DNA of 64,000 nucleotides from Escherichia coli (GTDB lineage Bacteria; Pseudomonadota; Gammaproteobacteria; Enterobacterales; Enterobacteriaceae): NCBI RefSeq assembly GCF_003991155.1, contig NZ_CP031294.1; one strand, 5' to 3'. Shown piece by piece: positions 17,350 to 24,718 of this stretch (position 1 is its first letter; each line of letters starts with the position of its first letter). The notes under the pieces were generated by a model. It saw only the letters and a program-made list of their open reading frames with translations, ran no database searches and was not told where the DNA came from. The position numbers and the translations under genes were made by a program.

Positions 17350-18447
17350 AAAATTTACACGAATAAGCTCTGTTGATAGACGATCTCCCTTAAATTTGTG
17401 GTCAATTTCGTCTAAATCCGGTTGCTCTACGATTGATGCGATGTACGTCGAGAAACTTTCTAAGGCGTCTCGCATCTCGTCCATATAATCGTGCCGGTCG
17501 TAGACCCGATCTATCCCCTCAAGACTGTGGTTCATGATTTTACGTGATACCTCCTGGCTTATGCCTAATGCTGGGAAGTAACTACGCGCAGTACGGCGCA
17601 AATCTCGGGGTGTAAATGGCTCAAGCTCCATCAGTTCTGGTCGTTCCAGAATACGACGTAATGCCTGGGCTATTGCCACTTTAGACATAGGAAGGTCTTT
17701 CCCGATTTTTTTATTCGAAGGCACGAGCCACTGGCTGTCTTTACCATATTCGAACAACTCTTCAATACAAGTGCGCATTAATGAGCTTAAAGGCAGAGAA
17801 TGCTCACGGGCAGATTTGTTCCTCTTGCCTTGATTCCAAACCCCACGCTTAAGATTGAACTCACTTTTTTTAGCCCGCAGTACTTCGTCAGGTCGTCTTG
17901 CGGATACAAGACATAGCCTGGCCGCCCATTTTGTACCAGCGCACACATTGAAGTAGTCCCATATATTCCAGAACACCCATACCTCTGCGTCGGTCAGCTT
18001 CCGCTCGCGAGGTGTGGGCTTTGCGCCACCGGCAACTTTGTTAAGTGACATATCGTTTAACGGTGACACGTCTATCATCCCCTGGAAGGCGCACCAGCTA
18101 AGGAACTGCTTCATCAGAGAGAAAACGCGGCGGCCCATAACAATTTTGCCATCCAGTATTAGTGGGTTGACCAGTTGGTTCACCATGAACCTATTAATGT
18201 CACTTACTTTTACATCGGCAATGTGCGGCAAAACATGTATCAAAATACAATGAACAGCGATCTCTGGCCGACGTCTGGTTATCAGCAGAGATAAGCGAGT
18301 GAATAACATGAATGCGTCCGAGAATCTCATGTCATTGCTGACCTGGGAGATCATAACGGCCTGCATTTGAGATGCTCTTTCGAGATACTCTATCGCCTCT
18401 TTTGAGGTGTTCTCCGCAGCGCGTGCTCTGTCAAAGCTATTTTTCAT
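17344..18447 (-). CDS. tyrosine recombinase / phage integrase family
   Basis: The C-terminal catalytic region has RDLRRTARS ... HSLEGIDRVYDRHDY (R, H and Y positions). Confidence 0.85.
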   Translation of the reverse strand: MKNSFDRARAAENTSKEAIEYLERASQMQAVMISQVSNDMRFSDAFMLFTRLSLLITRRRPEIAVHCILIHVLPHIADVKVSDINRFMVNQLVNPLILDGKIVMGRRVFSLMKQFLSWCAFQGMIDVSPLNDMSLNKVAGGAKPTPRERKLTDAEVWVFWNIWDYFNVCAGTKWAARLCLVSARRPDEVLRAKKSEFNLKRGVWNQGKRNKSAREHSLPLSSLMRTCIEELFEYGKDSQWLVPSNKKIGKDLPMSKVAIAQALRRILERPELMELEPFTPRDLRRTARSYFPALGISQEVSRKIMNHSLEGIDRVYDRHDYMDEMRDALESFSTYIASIVEQPDLDEIDHKFKGDRLSTELIRVNFS

Positions 18448-18492
18448 ATGACAATCACCGAGTTACGCCGATGCACTGTATAAGTAAACAGT

Positions 18493-18521
18493 ATATTAGG
18501 CATAGATTCTTATAGGATCAA
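18493..18521 (-). promoter_or_regulatory. sigma70 promoter TTGATC-17-TAATAT for the recombinase
   Basis: Minus strand reads TTGATCctataagaatctatgccTAATAT. Followed directly by CTGTTTACTTATACAG (18476-18491). Confidence 0.6.
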
Positions 18522-18545
18522 GAGTAAAAGTAACTCATTTTCAGC

Positions 18546-18578
18546 AATGATTCCATACATAGTAGGTATGGAATCATT
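18546..18578. other. candidate recombinase core site, perfect 13-7-13 inverted repeat
   Basis: AATGATTCCATAC-ATAGTAG-GTATGGAATCATT, about 100 bp upstream of the recombinase ATG. Architecture resembles loxP or dif. Confidence 0.55.
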
Positions 18579-18620
18579 TAAGGGAGGAATTTAAATTCTG
18601 AGGCGTTATTAATATGATTG

Positions 18621-19031
18621 TTAAGGGTTAGTGAGAGCTTGAAATGCGGCCGCGTAGGTAGCGATATCGACCATAATTTTTGGATCTTTCGCGTACTGAT
18701 GTGCGTTGTTAGGGAAGATTGCCAATAGGCTATACACATCTTGGAAATGTGCATGTTGACTGTAAACGAGTGCACGGTCGCTTGTGCAATTGAATCTGCT
18801 GCGGCTGCTGGTTCGTTCTTGCTTCGTGAACAAGAGATGAACGTGATAAACGCGGGAGGACACGATAGCACCAGGAGCCGTATACGGGCCATCTTTGCCG
18901 AATATGGCTGGGTACATGCCTTGTTTAAACGACTTGAAATCGTTGAGTAACGTAATCTCTAAGTCAGGCTTTATATCGAAGGTCGGCTTTAAAAATTGGG
19001 CGTAACTATCACTGTTCCATGTGATCTTCAT
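18621..19031 (-). CDS. yafO: YafO-family toxin (ribosome-dependent mRNA interferase family)
   Basis: By-eye alignment to E. coli YafO: DF.S(F/Y)K, FG(K/R)D..Y, (V/A)H(V/I)HL, T.D..LVY.Q, LLAI, and A.AF at the C-terminus. Confidence 0.7.
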   Translation of the reverse strand: MKITWNSDSYAQFLKPTFDIKPDLEITLLNDFKSFKQGMYPAIFGKDGPYTAPGAIVSSRVYHVHLLFTKQERTSSRSRFNCTSDRALVYSQHAHFQDVYSLLAIFPNNAHQYAKDPKIMVDIATYAAAFQALTNP

Positions 19032-19040
19032 CGTTCAACC

Positions 19041-19649
19041 TCAATGGAATGAGAAGTTGGCGAAGACGTCCTCATCAATGAGGCCAGTCTGCGATTCGAT
19101 GACGTTTACGTCGTTAAAACACTGATTTAAAATCAATAGCAGATCAGAGATAGCTAAACGATACTCAGTTACAGAATCGCTCAAGCGTTTCAAATATGGA
19201 TGAGGTTGCTCAGAGTCGCGAATCAACTTGTTAACGAATCCCTCCAAACCACGAATGGTCAGGTCAACGTTCTTCAGTTCTTCGTAACGACTTTCACCGA
19301 AGTTGCTGCGAATCTTTTCCGCTTTCCATCCAGAGATGGCATGGGCTAAGCGAACGTGTTTCGCCGTCAATTCTGCGAGCTTGCTTTCAATCTTTGCCAG
19401 CTGTGCCGCATCGCGGTTCTCTTGAACAGGAATAGCCGCAGTGCTCACATAGGTTTGTGTTTTGAATCCTGTGAATTTCGCAGAGGGCTTCATCGTGCCA
19501 CGGAAGCGTCGATATCCACGCGGTTCAATAAAATCACGCCCAGATTTAGCTGTAGGCTTTGCGTTTGAAAAGCGTGAAGCGTTAGAGGTCACAGTAGCAA
19601 GGGCATTGCTAATGACACTCATATCTTCTAGGCAATTTTCTAAACGCAT
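19041..19649 (-). CDS. putative cognate antitoxin (202 aa, not YafN/Phd-like)
   Basis: Directly upstream of the toxin. 9-nt gap with GAGG overlapping its stop. Acidic C-terminus. No recognisable DNA-binding motif. Confidence 0.4.
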   Translation of the reverse strand: MRLENCLEDMSVISNALATVTSNASRFSNAKPTAKSGRDFIEPRGYRRFRGTMKPSAKFTGFKTQTYVSTAAIPVQENRDAAQLAKIESKLAELTAKHVRLAHAISGWKAEKIRSNFGESRYEELKNVDLTIRGLEGFVNKLIRDSEQPHPYLKRLSDSVTEYRLAISDLLLILNQCFNDVNVIESQTGLIDEDVFANFSFH

Positions 19650-19744
19650 AAAACCTCTTAACTACTCAATGGCTCGTAACTAAGTGTACGCTGTGCTGAT
19701 GAAAGCTACAAATAATAAATGGCCCCAAAAGGAGCCGTATTGTA

Positions 19745-19990
19745 TTACAGAGTGCTCGCAAAAGCAGCAAATTCTGTGTATCCGCCAATCGGCTGGCCAT
19801 CGATCAGCACCTGGGGGATAGTCTCTACCGGTTTACCAACAATTTCACTAAGTTTTTCCTTGTCGATACCGGCAGTGGTGATGTCGATGTACTCATAATC
19901 ACTGTAGCCATGTCCCTTTAGTTGCTTCGCCAGCTCGACCGCACGTTTGCAGTATGAGCAGTTATCTCGTCCGTAGATAGTGATCGTCAT
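19745..19990 (-). CDS. glutaredoxin (NrdH/Grx-like)
   Basis: 81 aa. CSYC active site at the end of strand 1. TIPQV and GGY(T/D) thioredoxin-fold signatures. Confidence 0.85.
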   Translation of the reverse strand: MTITIYGRDNCSYCKRAVELAKQLKGHGYSDYEYIDITTAGIDKEKLSEIVGKPVETIPQVLIDGQPIGGYTEFAAFASTL

Positions 19991-20163
19991 AACTTAACAA
20001 ATACCTTTATAAATATTGATTCGAACATATCAGACTATACTACAAACAGATTTTTTTGATAAGTATGTAGTAACTTATTGATTGACTAGTAAACAATTGA
20101 AGTGATTACGACAATAGATTACAGTAAGGATTGCCTTGAAATGTACATTTTATAGAGGTTTTA

Positions 20164-21072
20164 ATGATTGGTAAGTTGTCTGATTCTTTGATTGAAAATA
20201 AATACAACGAATTTAGAGAAGAAATATCTTTACTTTTTGACTATTTAAATCAGATAAATGATACAACAAAGAAAAATATAAAACGTCTTCTTAAAGAAGT
20301 GGAGTATGCACAGAATCCAGATACTATTATTAATATTAATGAAACTATTAAGATTAAGTGTGGCACAACGTTAGCTCGCCATTTATGTTCAAACCCATAT
20401 ACAGGTTCAACATTAGAGATAGGTAACAGCGCCATTGATTTAGAAGAAAAGATAAGATTGTGTAATACTTTGAAAAATAAACAATATCAGTGGGTTATTA
20501 CTGAAGCCTATGAGTTACTGGAAGACTATATTGAGGCAATATATGTCTATACTGTATGTGTTCGAAATGATTTATGGTCCTCAAGTGATTTTGGTAAGGT
20601 TGAAGATGATGAAATTGGGAAAAGGGAAGTTTATTACAGATTATTAAAAGCAAAAAGTAACCCATCGAAAAAAATAACTAAAATTTTCAGAAATAAAATA
20701 CCTGGCTTCAAAGAGATAGAAACAAACAACAAGATTGGCAAAAACTATCGCTTTAACATCAAGCTAATTGAACTACTAAGACATACAATAGTACACAATA
20801 GTGGACGATTCAATGATACAGAAAAATTTATAAATAAGGTTTTAGATGAATCTGAAATAAACGGTAAGAAAAGAGTTATTGGAGAAAGAGCTGTTAGAAG
20901 TTACATTACTAAAGTGCAAGAAGATGATATTGTGATGCTCTTAGAAAGACCATCTGAAATTTTAGGTTCTTTTGGTGGGTATTTTAACAGAGCAAAATTT
21001 TTACTAAGTGATATTTTAGAATACTCACTAATCATTAAAGAAGAACTAAAATCATATCTAGGCAATCATTAA
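20164..21072 (+). CDS. AT-rich protein with a HEPN-type R-x4-H motif (putative RNase/Abi-like)
   Basis: 302 aa and helical. ELLRHTIVHNSGR gives R206-x4-H211 (nt 20779-20796). Plus strand, AT-rich, own terminator. Confidence 0.5.
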   Translation: MIGKLSDSLIENKYNEFREEISLLFDYLNQINDTTKKNIKRLLKEVEYAQNPDTIININETIKIKCGTTLARHLCSNPYTGSTLEIGNSAIDLEEKIRLCNTLKNKQYQWVITEAYELLEDYIEAIYVYTVCVRNDLWSSSDFGKVEDDEIGKREVYYRLLKAKSNPSKKITKIFRNKIPGFKEIETNNKIGKNYRFNIKLIELLRHTIVHNSGRFNDTEKFINKVLDESEINGKKRVIGERAVRSYITKVQEDDIVMLLERPSEILGSFGGYFNRAKFLLSDILEYSLIIKEELKSYLGNH

Positions 21073-21076
21073 CAAA

Positions 21077-21104
21077 AAAGGGGCCGAAGCCCCTTTGGAT
21101 TTTG
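21077..21104 (+). terminator. bidirectional stem-loop terminator
   Basis: AAAGGGGCcgaaGCCCCTTT with flanking A and T runs. Confidence 0.6.
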
Positions 21105-21250
21105 CGCTTAAAAAAGTGTTGCTAGGATGTTAGCAAGCTATGGTTAAGAACGTCTGCCGTAATTGTCTATCACAGCGTTGAGCGGTCTGGTTTATGTTAG
21201 CGGAGTCTTAATCGAGTTGATTAAAAGGCCAAACCGCTCAACGCTGTGTC

Positions 21251-21337
21251 TGGCGGAGAGTAATGGAATCGAACCATCATCGCTTGCGCAATGGGACGGT
21301 TTTCAAGACCGCTTGAGCACCATGCTCCCTACTCTCC
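21251..21337 (-). tRNA. tRNA-Ser (anticodon UGA), type II with long variable arm
   Basis: Hand fold of GGAGAGT...ACTCTCC-G-CCA. Anticodon loop CTTGAAA, T-loop GGTTCGATTCC. CCA is encoded. Confidence 0.88.
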
Positions 21338-21339
21338 GG

Positions 21340-21489
21340 CCGTTGTGGTGGCCGGTACTGAATCTCCGGCATACGGTGCAGCCAATTAGGACTACGGACG
21401 ATCACCGCTCGCGAAAGGGAAGATTTGCGGCCGCATTTCCCTAACATCCAAGAAAGCTATCGCATCAGTCTGCGAATCCACCACAACGG
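21340..21489 (-). ncRNA. candidate structured stable RNA within the tRNA cluster
   Basis: 12-bp closing helix CCGTTGTGGTGG (21340-21351) paired with CCACCACAACGG (21478-21489). It encloses several local hairpins. No ORF and no tRNA fold. Confidence 0.3.
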
Positions 21490-21561
21490 TAAGATCACTA
21501 CCTTTCGACCAGTCATTGTGCACATGAACGACGATTAACCGTAATGATCTTATCGTTGTAT

Positions 21562-21637
21562 TGGTGCCGGTTAGCGGACTCGAACCGCTGACATCCTGCT
21601 TACAAGGCAGGCGCTCTACCAACTGAGCTAAACCGGC
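21562..21637 (-). tRNA. tRNA-Thr (anticodon UGU)
   Basis: GCCGGTT...AACCGGC-A-CCA. D-arm GCTCAGTTGGTAGAGC, anticodon loop CTTGTAA, T-arm AGCGGTTCGAGTCCGCT. Confidence 0.9.
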
Positions 21638-21641
21638 AATT

Positions 21642-21728
21642 TGGTGGGGAGTGATGGAGTCGAACCACCCGAGTCGCAATGACAGTAGATTTACAGTCTA
21701 CCCCGCTGCCCCTACGGACTAACTCCCC
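21642..21728 (-). tRNA. tRNA-Tyr (anticodon GUA), long variable arm
   Basis: GGGGAGT...ACTCCCC-A-CCA. Anticodon stem-loop GTAGA-CTGTAAA-TCTAC. T-loop TTCGACT. Confidence 0.85.
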
Positions 21729-21733
21729 TAAAT

Positions 21734-21808
21734 TGGCGATGGTGGGTGGATTCGAACCACCGACCAGTTGGTTAACAGCCAACTGCTCTACCGCTGAGCT
21801 ACACCATC
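21734..21808 (-). tRNA. tRNA-Asn (anticodon GUU)
   Basis: GATGGTG...CACCATC-G-CCA. Anticodon stem-loop GTTGG-CTGTTAA-CCAAC. T-arm GGTGGTTCGAATCCACC. Confidence 0.9.
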
Positions 21809-22584
21809 AATTCAGCACTGCCAGTATTTATTACTCAACAGTGCCAATCGCGGCGGTGTTAGTTTCTGCCAGGAAACGCACCGCTACTTGCACTTTCCGT
21901 TAGTGCCAGACGTTTTCGACTTCGCTCAATAGAAGGCAAAATCTTTAAGTAGATGATGTTTCTGAGGACAGCACCTACTTTGTAATTTATACAATGCGAT
22001 GTATGGAATCATTTGTTGTGAAAACAGGCACCAATGGCAACAGTGGTTAAACCTACACAACAATCCTGTCTTCACAACGTTGAGGCCACTACTCCGATTG
22101 AATGTTTGCCCAACATGTTACATATCAACGCTCGCCGGTATCTCTGTGAATAGAACCTTAGAATTGATACAAATGTAATGGCCTCAACGTTGTGTGCTGG
22201 CTAACCATACCAGCCGGGCTACGTCGCCGCTTTTTAACCCAGTATAAACGACATAATTGAACAAAATGACGTAACAGGATGGGCGGTCAGTGGCTAAGAA
22301 TCCGGGAGTCATATGGAGTTGAAAATATACCAACCGCCCATTCTGTTACTTCATCGGAGGGAACATGAATGTTCCCTCCTGCGTTCTGCAATCACACTCG
22401 CTCAGTGTGTCCCATTTCGGTAACGAGGCTGGAAACTGACCTCGCTGGTGTTTGGCTTATTAGGCTACTGCCAGATAGACTTCTTCGTTTGCACTTGTAT
22501 TTAAGTTCAAACAGTCGCGTCTCAACGAAAACAAAGTCATCTTATACATAAAAGATAAGTAAATAAATACTTATCATTGTATTT

Positions 22585-22875
22585 TTATTCGGTTGTGACT
22601 TTTTTGATCAAGGCCACTCTACGACTAGGTGTTCTTGTGATGGTGGCAGTGAATCGTTTCGCTTGGATAGTAATGGTTTCGTTCTCCTTAAGTTGCCCGT
22701 AGCGAGTTTCCACCAGGGTGCCAAGACGCCACAGACCATCATCGATACGTTTATGACTGGCAAATTTAATCAGCAGCAGTTTTACGACTAACTGACCTAC
22801 GTAAAAGGCGAATGCGACTCCGGCCGCTAAGAAATAGGTGGCCAACCACCAGTCCCAAGAAGTTAAATTGCTCAT
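22585..22875 (-). CDS. membrane protein (96 aa)
   Basis: N-terminal TM WWLATYFLAAGVAFAFYVGQLVV. ATGA-coupled to the upstream small ORF. Confidence 0.45.
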   Translation of the reverse strand: MSNLTSWDWWLATYFLAAGVAFAFYVGQLVVKLLLIKFASHKRIDDGLWRLGTLVETRYGQLKENETITIQAKRFTATITRTPSRRVALIKKVTTE

Positions 22876-23024
22876 TTTCTAACCTTTGTTTCATGAACTA
22901 CCCGATACACACGCTTTCCGATGCACAGTGTTTTGGTTTTAAGTTCCTGCTTAATTAAATCACGACAGATGCCGAACCCGATAAGGAAGCCACCCATAAA
23001 AGCTAATGAGATGTATGGAATCAT
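22872..23024 (-). CDS. small membrane protein (50 aa, below the ORF-track cutoff)
   Basis: Hand translation gives MIPYISLAFMGGFLIGFGICRDLIKQELKTKTLCIGKRVYRVVHETKVRK. ATGA overlaps at both ends. Confidence 0.4.
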   Translation of the reverse strand: MIPYISLAFMGGFLIGFGICRDLIKQELKTKTLCIGKRVYRVVHETKVRK

Positions 23025-23236
23025 TTTAACACTCCTGATTCTACTAATTGCTGTAGCAATACTTTCCCTTTATCAGTTAACTGGTAGTTGGCCGAACACC
23101 ACGTTTCAGAAACGTTTGCAACCAACCCTAAACGCTCTAACTTAGCTCGCGTTTTAGGCTTCCAGTACTCAGGGAACTCCGGCCACTTACTGATTTCATG
23201 AAGCGTTTCCTTCTCCCGTTTACTTAATACGATCAT
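23021..23236 (-). CDS. hypothetical protein (71 aa)
   Basis: ORF in a translationally coupled string downstream of the ligase. Confidence 0.45.
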   Translation of the reverse strand: MIVLSKREKETLHEISKWPEFPEYWKPKTRAKLERLGLVANVSETWCSANYQLTDKGKVLLQQLVESGVLK

Positions 23237-23399
23237 CCTTAATCTCCTTCAGGGTGTTGGTTATTTCTACAATGCGATAAATACGACCGCGTCTTTCTAT
23301 AACACCGCTTTTAATGTAGTCATTGATGCAACTGGACATCACCACAATACCTATGAAAAAACCAACTGCTAAAAATGCAATCATCCAGCCGAGCATCAT
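23220..23399 (-). CDS. small membrane protein (59 aa, below the ORF-track cutoff)
   Basis: Hand translation gives MMLGWMIAFLAVGFFIGIVVMSSC...RGRIYRIVEITN. Paralogous in layout to 22872-23024. Overlaps the ligase stop (ATGATG). Confidence 0.4.
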   Translation of the reverse strand: MMLGWMIAFLAVGFFIGIVVMSSCINDYIKSGVIERRGRIYRIVEITNTLKEIKDDRIK

Positions 23400-24718
23400 T
23401 CTTTATCTCCGATTCGATCTTCTGTATCGCGTAAGCAACGCGGCCATTTCAGTCGTGGGTGGCGTAAGCTGCCATCCGGCGTTTTCTCGTGACAATGAAC
23501 CTCGACAATACGACCACGGTACTTCTCTTTGTTGTTCCAGATCTCGTCCAGATATTTATGCTTAATGCCGCTCGCACGAACAATCACACCGTTTTCAAGG
23601 CGAATAACAATTTTTCCAAGCGTGTTGGCAAAACCAGAGTCCGGGTCGCCCGGCTCAAAGTCGATAATTTCACCATCTTCTGAATCTTCGTCTTTTAACT
23701 TCCACCAGCTGCGGGTACGTTTAAACTCGTAAACAGAGTTCGGATCTTTGCCCATCTCCCCTTCTTCGTTATCGTCCAGGCGTTTCATGAAGCGTTCGAT
23801 GAAATCTTCGTGGCTATGGATGATATAGAACGGATGCAGGTGAATGTCTTGTGCGTAGCCTTCACTGCGATCGTTTTTAAACAACGCCACCAGCATAGCC
23901 AGGCGCTCTTTCAGCTTCATACCTGTCTTTGCATACTCTTTGGATTTAGCCTGTGCCCGCCATTCCGGTAGGAAGAAGTCGAAAACATGATAAATAGCGC
24001 CAATTGCCTGCACGTTCTTTTTGCGCAATGCAGATACGGACTGGTTAAATGAACCGGCTGTTCCTTCACCATCGAAGAAGATGTGTTTGTGGCCTGAAAG
24101 TTTGCCTAATTCGAGCATTGCTGGCTTTAGGTGATCGAGAGACGTGATTGGATTACCAGTACGAGAAAGGAAGTTAACCTCTTCCTCGTCAACAATAACC
24201 TCGCAAATTACTCGCAAACCATCGAGCTTAAGACTGCCAATCATCGGCCATTTTGCTTTAGGATTTGGCTTGAAGGGGTATTTGTCGCCTTTTTCTTTAT
24301 ACGGTGACGCCAGCTGCACCTCGAATTTCGGAATGGGATTTTCAAAAACCTTGTTGCATAGGCTAATCCCAACACCTGCTTTCGGGTCTTTTAAGAGGAA
24401 ACGACGGAACACGTCCTGCCCATCGGCGCACATTGACGCCACGATAGACTCAACAGCTGCTATTGCTGCGTTCCCCGTTAGCTCGCGAGAGGCCAGCTTA
24501 TTCAGTATATCAATGGCTTTTTCGTCACTTGGGACGGACTCACTAAGCGGCTCTGCCACTTTGTATTTCTTTACCCCAAAACGGATGAAAGGGTTGAGCA
24601 TCAATGAAACCATGCTTTGTTCAAAGTCATCCATGTTGGCCAATGCCTCTTTTTTTGCATTGGTTCCCATAGCTTTCATTTCGTCCAGCTTATGCTTAAG
24701 TGCGATCAACTTTTTCAT
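23396..24718 (-). CDS. ATP-dependent DNA ligase
   Basis: Adenylation motif I KLDGLR. Motifs IV/V EGEMGKD...WWKLK. Confidence 0.9.
   Translation of the reverse strand: MKKLIALKHKLDEMKAMGTNAKKEALANMDDFEQSMVSLMLNPFIRFGVKKYKVAEPLSESVPSDEKAIDILNKLASRELTGNAAIAAVESIVASMCADGQDVFRRFLLKDPKAGVGISLCNKVFENPIPKFEVQLASPYKEKGDKYPFKPNPKAKWPMIGSLKLDGLRVICEVIVDEEEVNFLSRTGNPITSLDHLKPAMLELGKLSGHKHIFFDGEGTAGSFNQSVSALRKKNVQAIGAIYHVFDFFLPEWRAQAKSKEYAKTGMKLKERLAMLVALFKNDRSEGYAQDIHLHPFYIIHSHEDFIERFMKRLDDNEEGEMGKDPNSVYEFKRTRSWWKLKDEDSEDGEIIDFEPGDPDSGFANTLGKIVIRLENGVIVRASGIKHKYLDEIWNNKEKYRGRIVEVHCHEKTPDGSLRHPRLKWPRCLRDTEDRIGDKE

Noticed and set aside
17344-18447. Integrase as evidence that the element is a chromosomally integrating prophage or an ICE
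   Set aside because: The window carries a complete RepA-iteron origin and a ParA partition system. The adjacent symmetric 13-7-13 site looks like a resolution (lox/dif-like) site rather than an attP with arm-type sites. Integration cannot be excluded from sequence alone.
18578-18892. 104-aa ORF overlapping the YafO-like gene in another frame
   Set aside because: The YafO-family frame has clear family motifs and coupling to the upstream gene. The alternative frame has no support.
21163-21903. ORFs 21163-21444 (+), 21392-21679 (-), 21600-21782 (-) and 21679-21903 (+)
   Set aside because: They overlap four well-folding tRNA genes and the structured spacer. They have no ribosome-binding sites. 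I treat them as artefacts of a non-coding RNA region.
22070-22380. Retron-like msr/msd reading of the nested inverted repeats
   Set aside because: No reverse transcriptase gene is present anywhere in the window. The repeats lack the flanking a1/a2 geometry next to an RT. I report them as an unassigned structured region instead.
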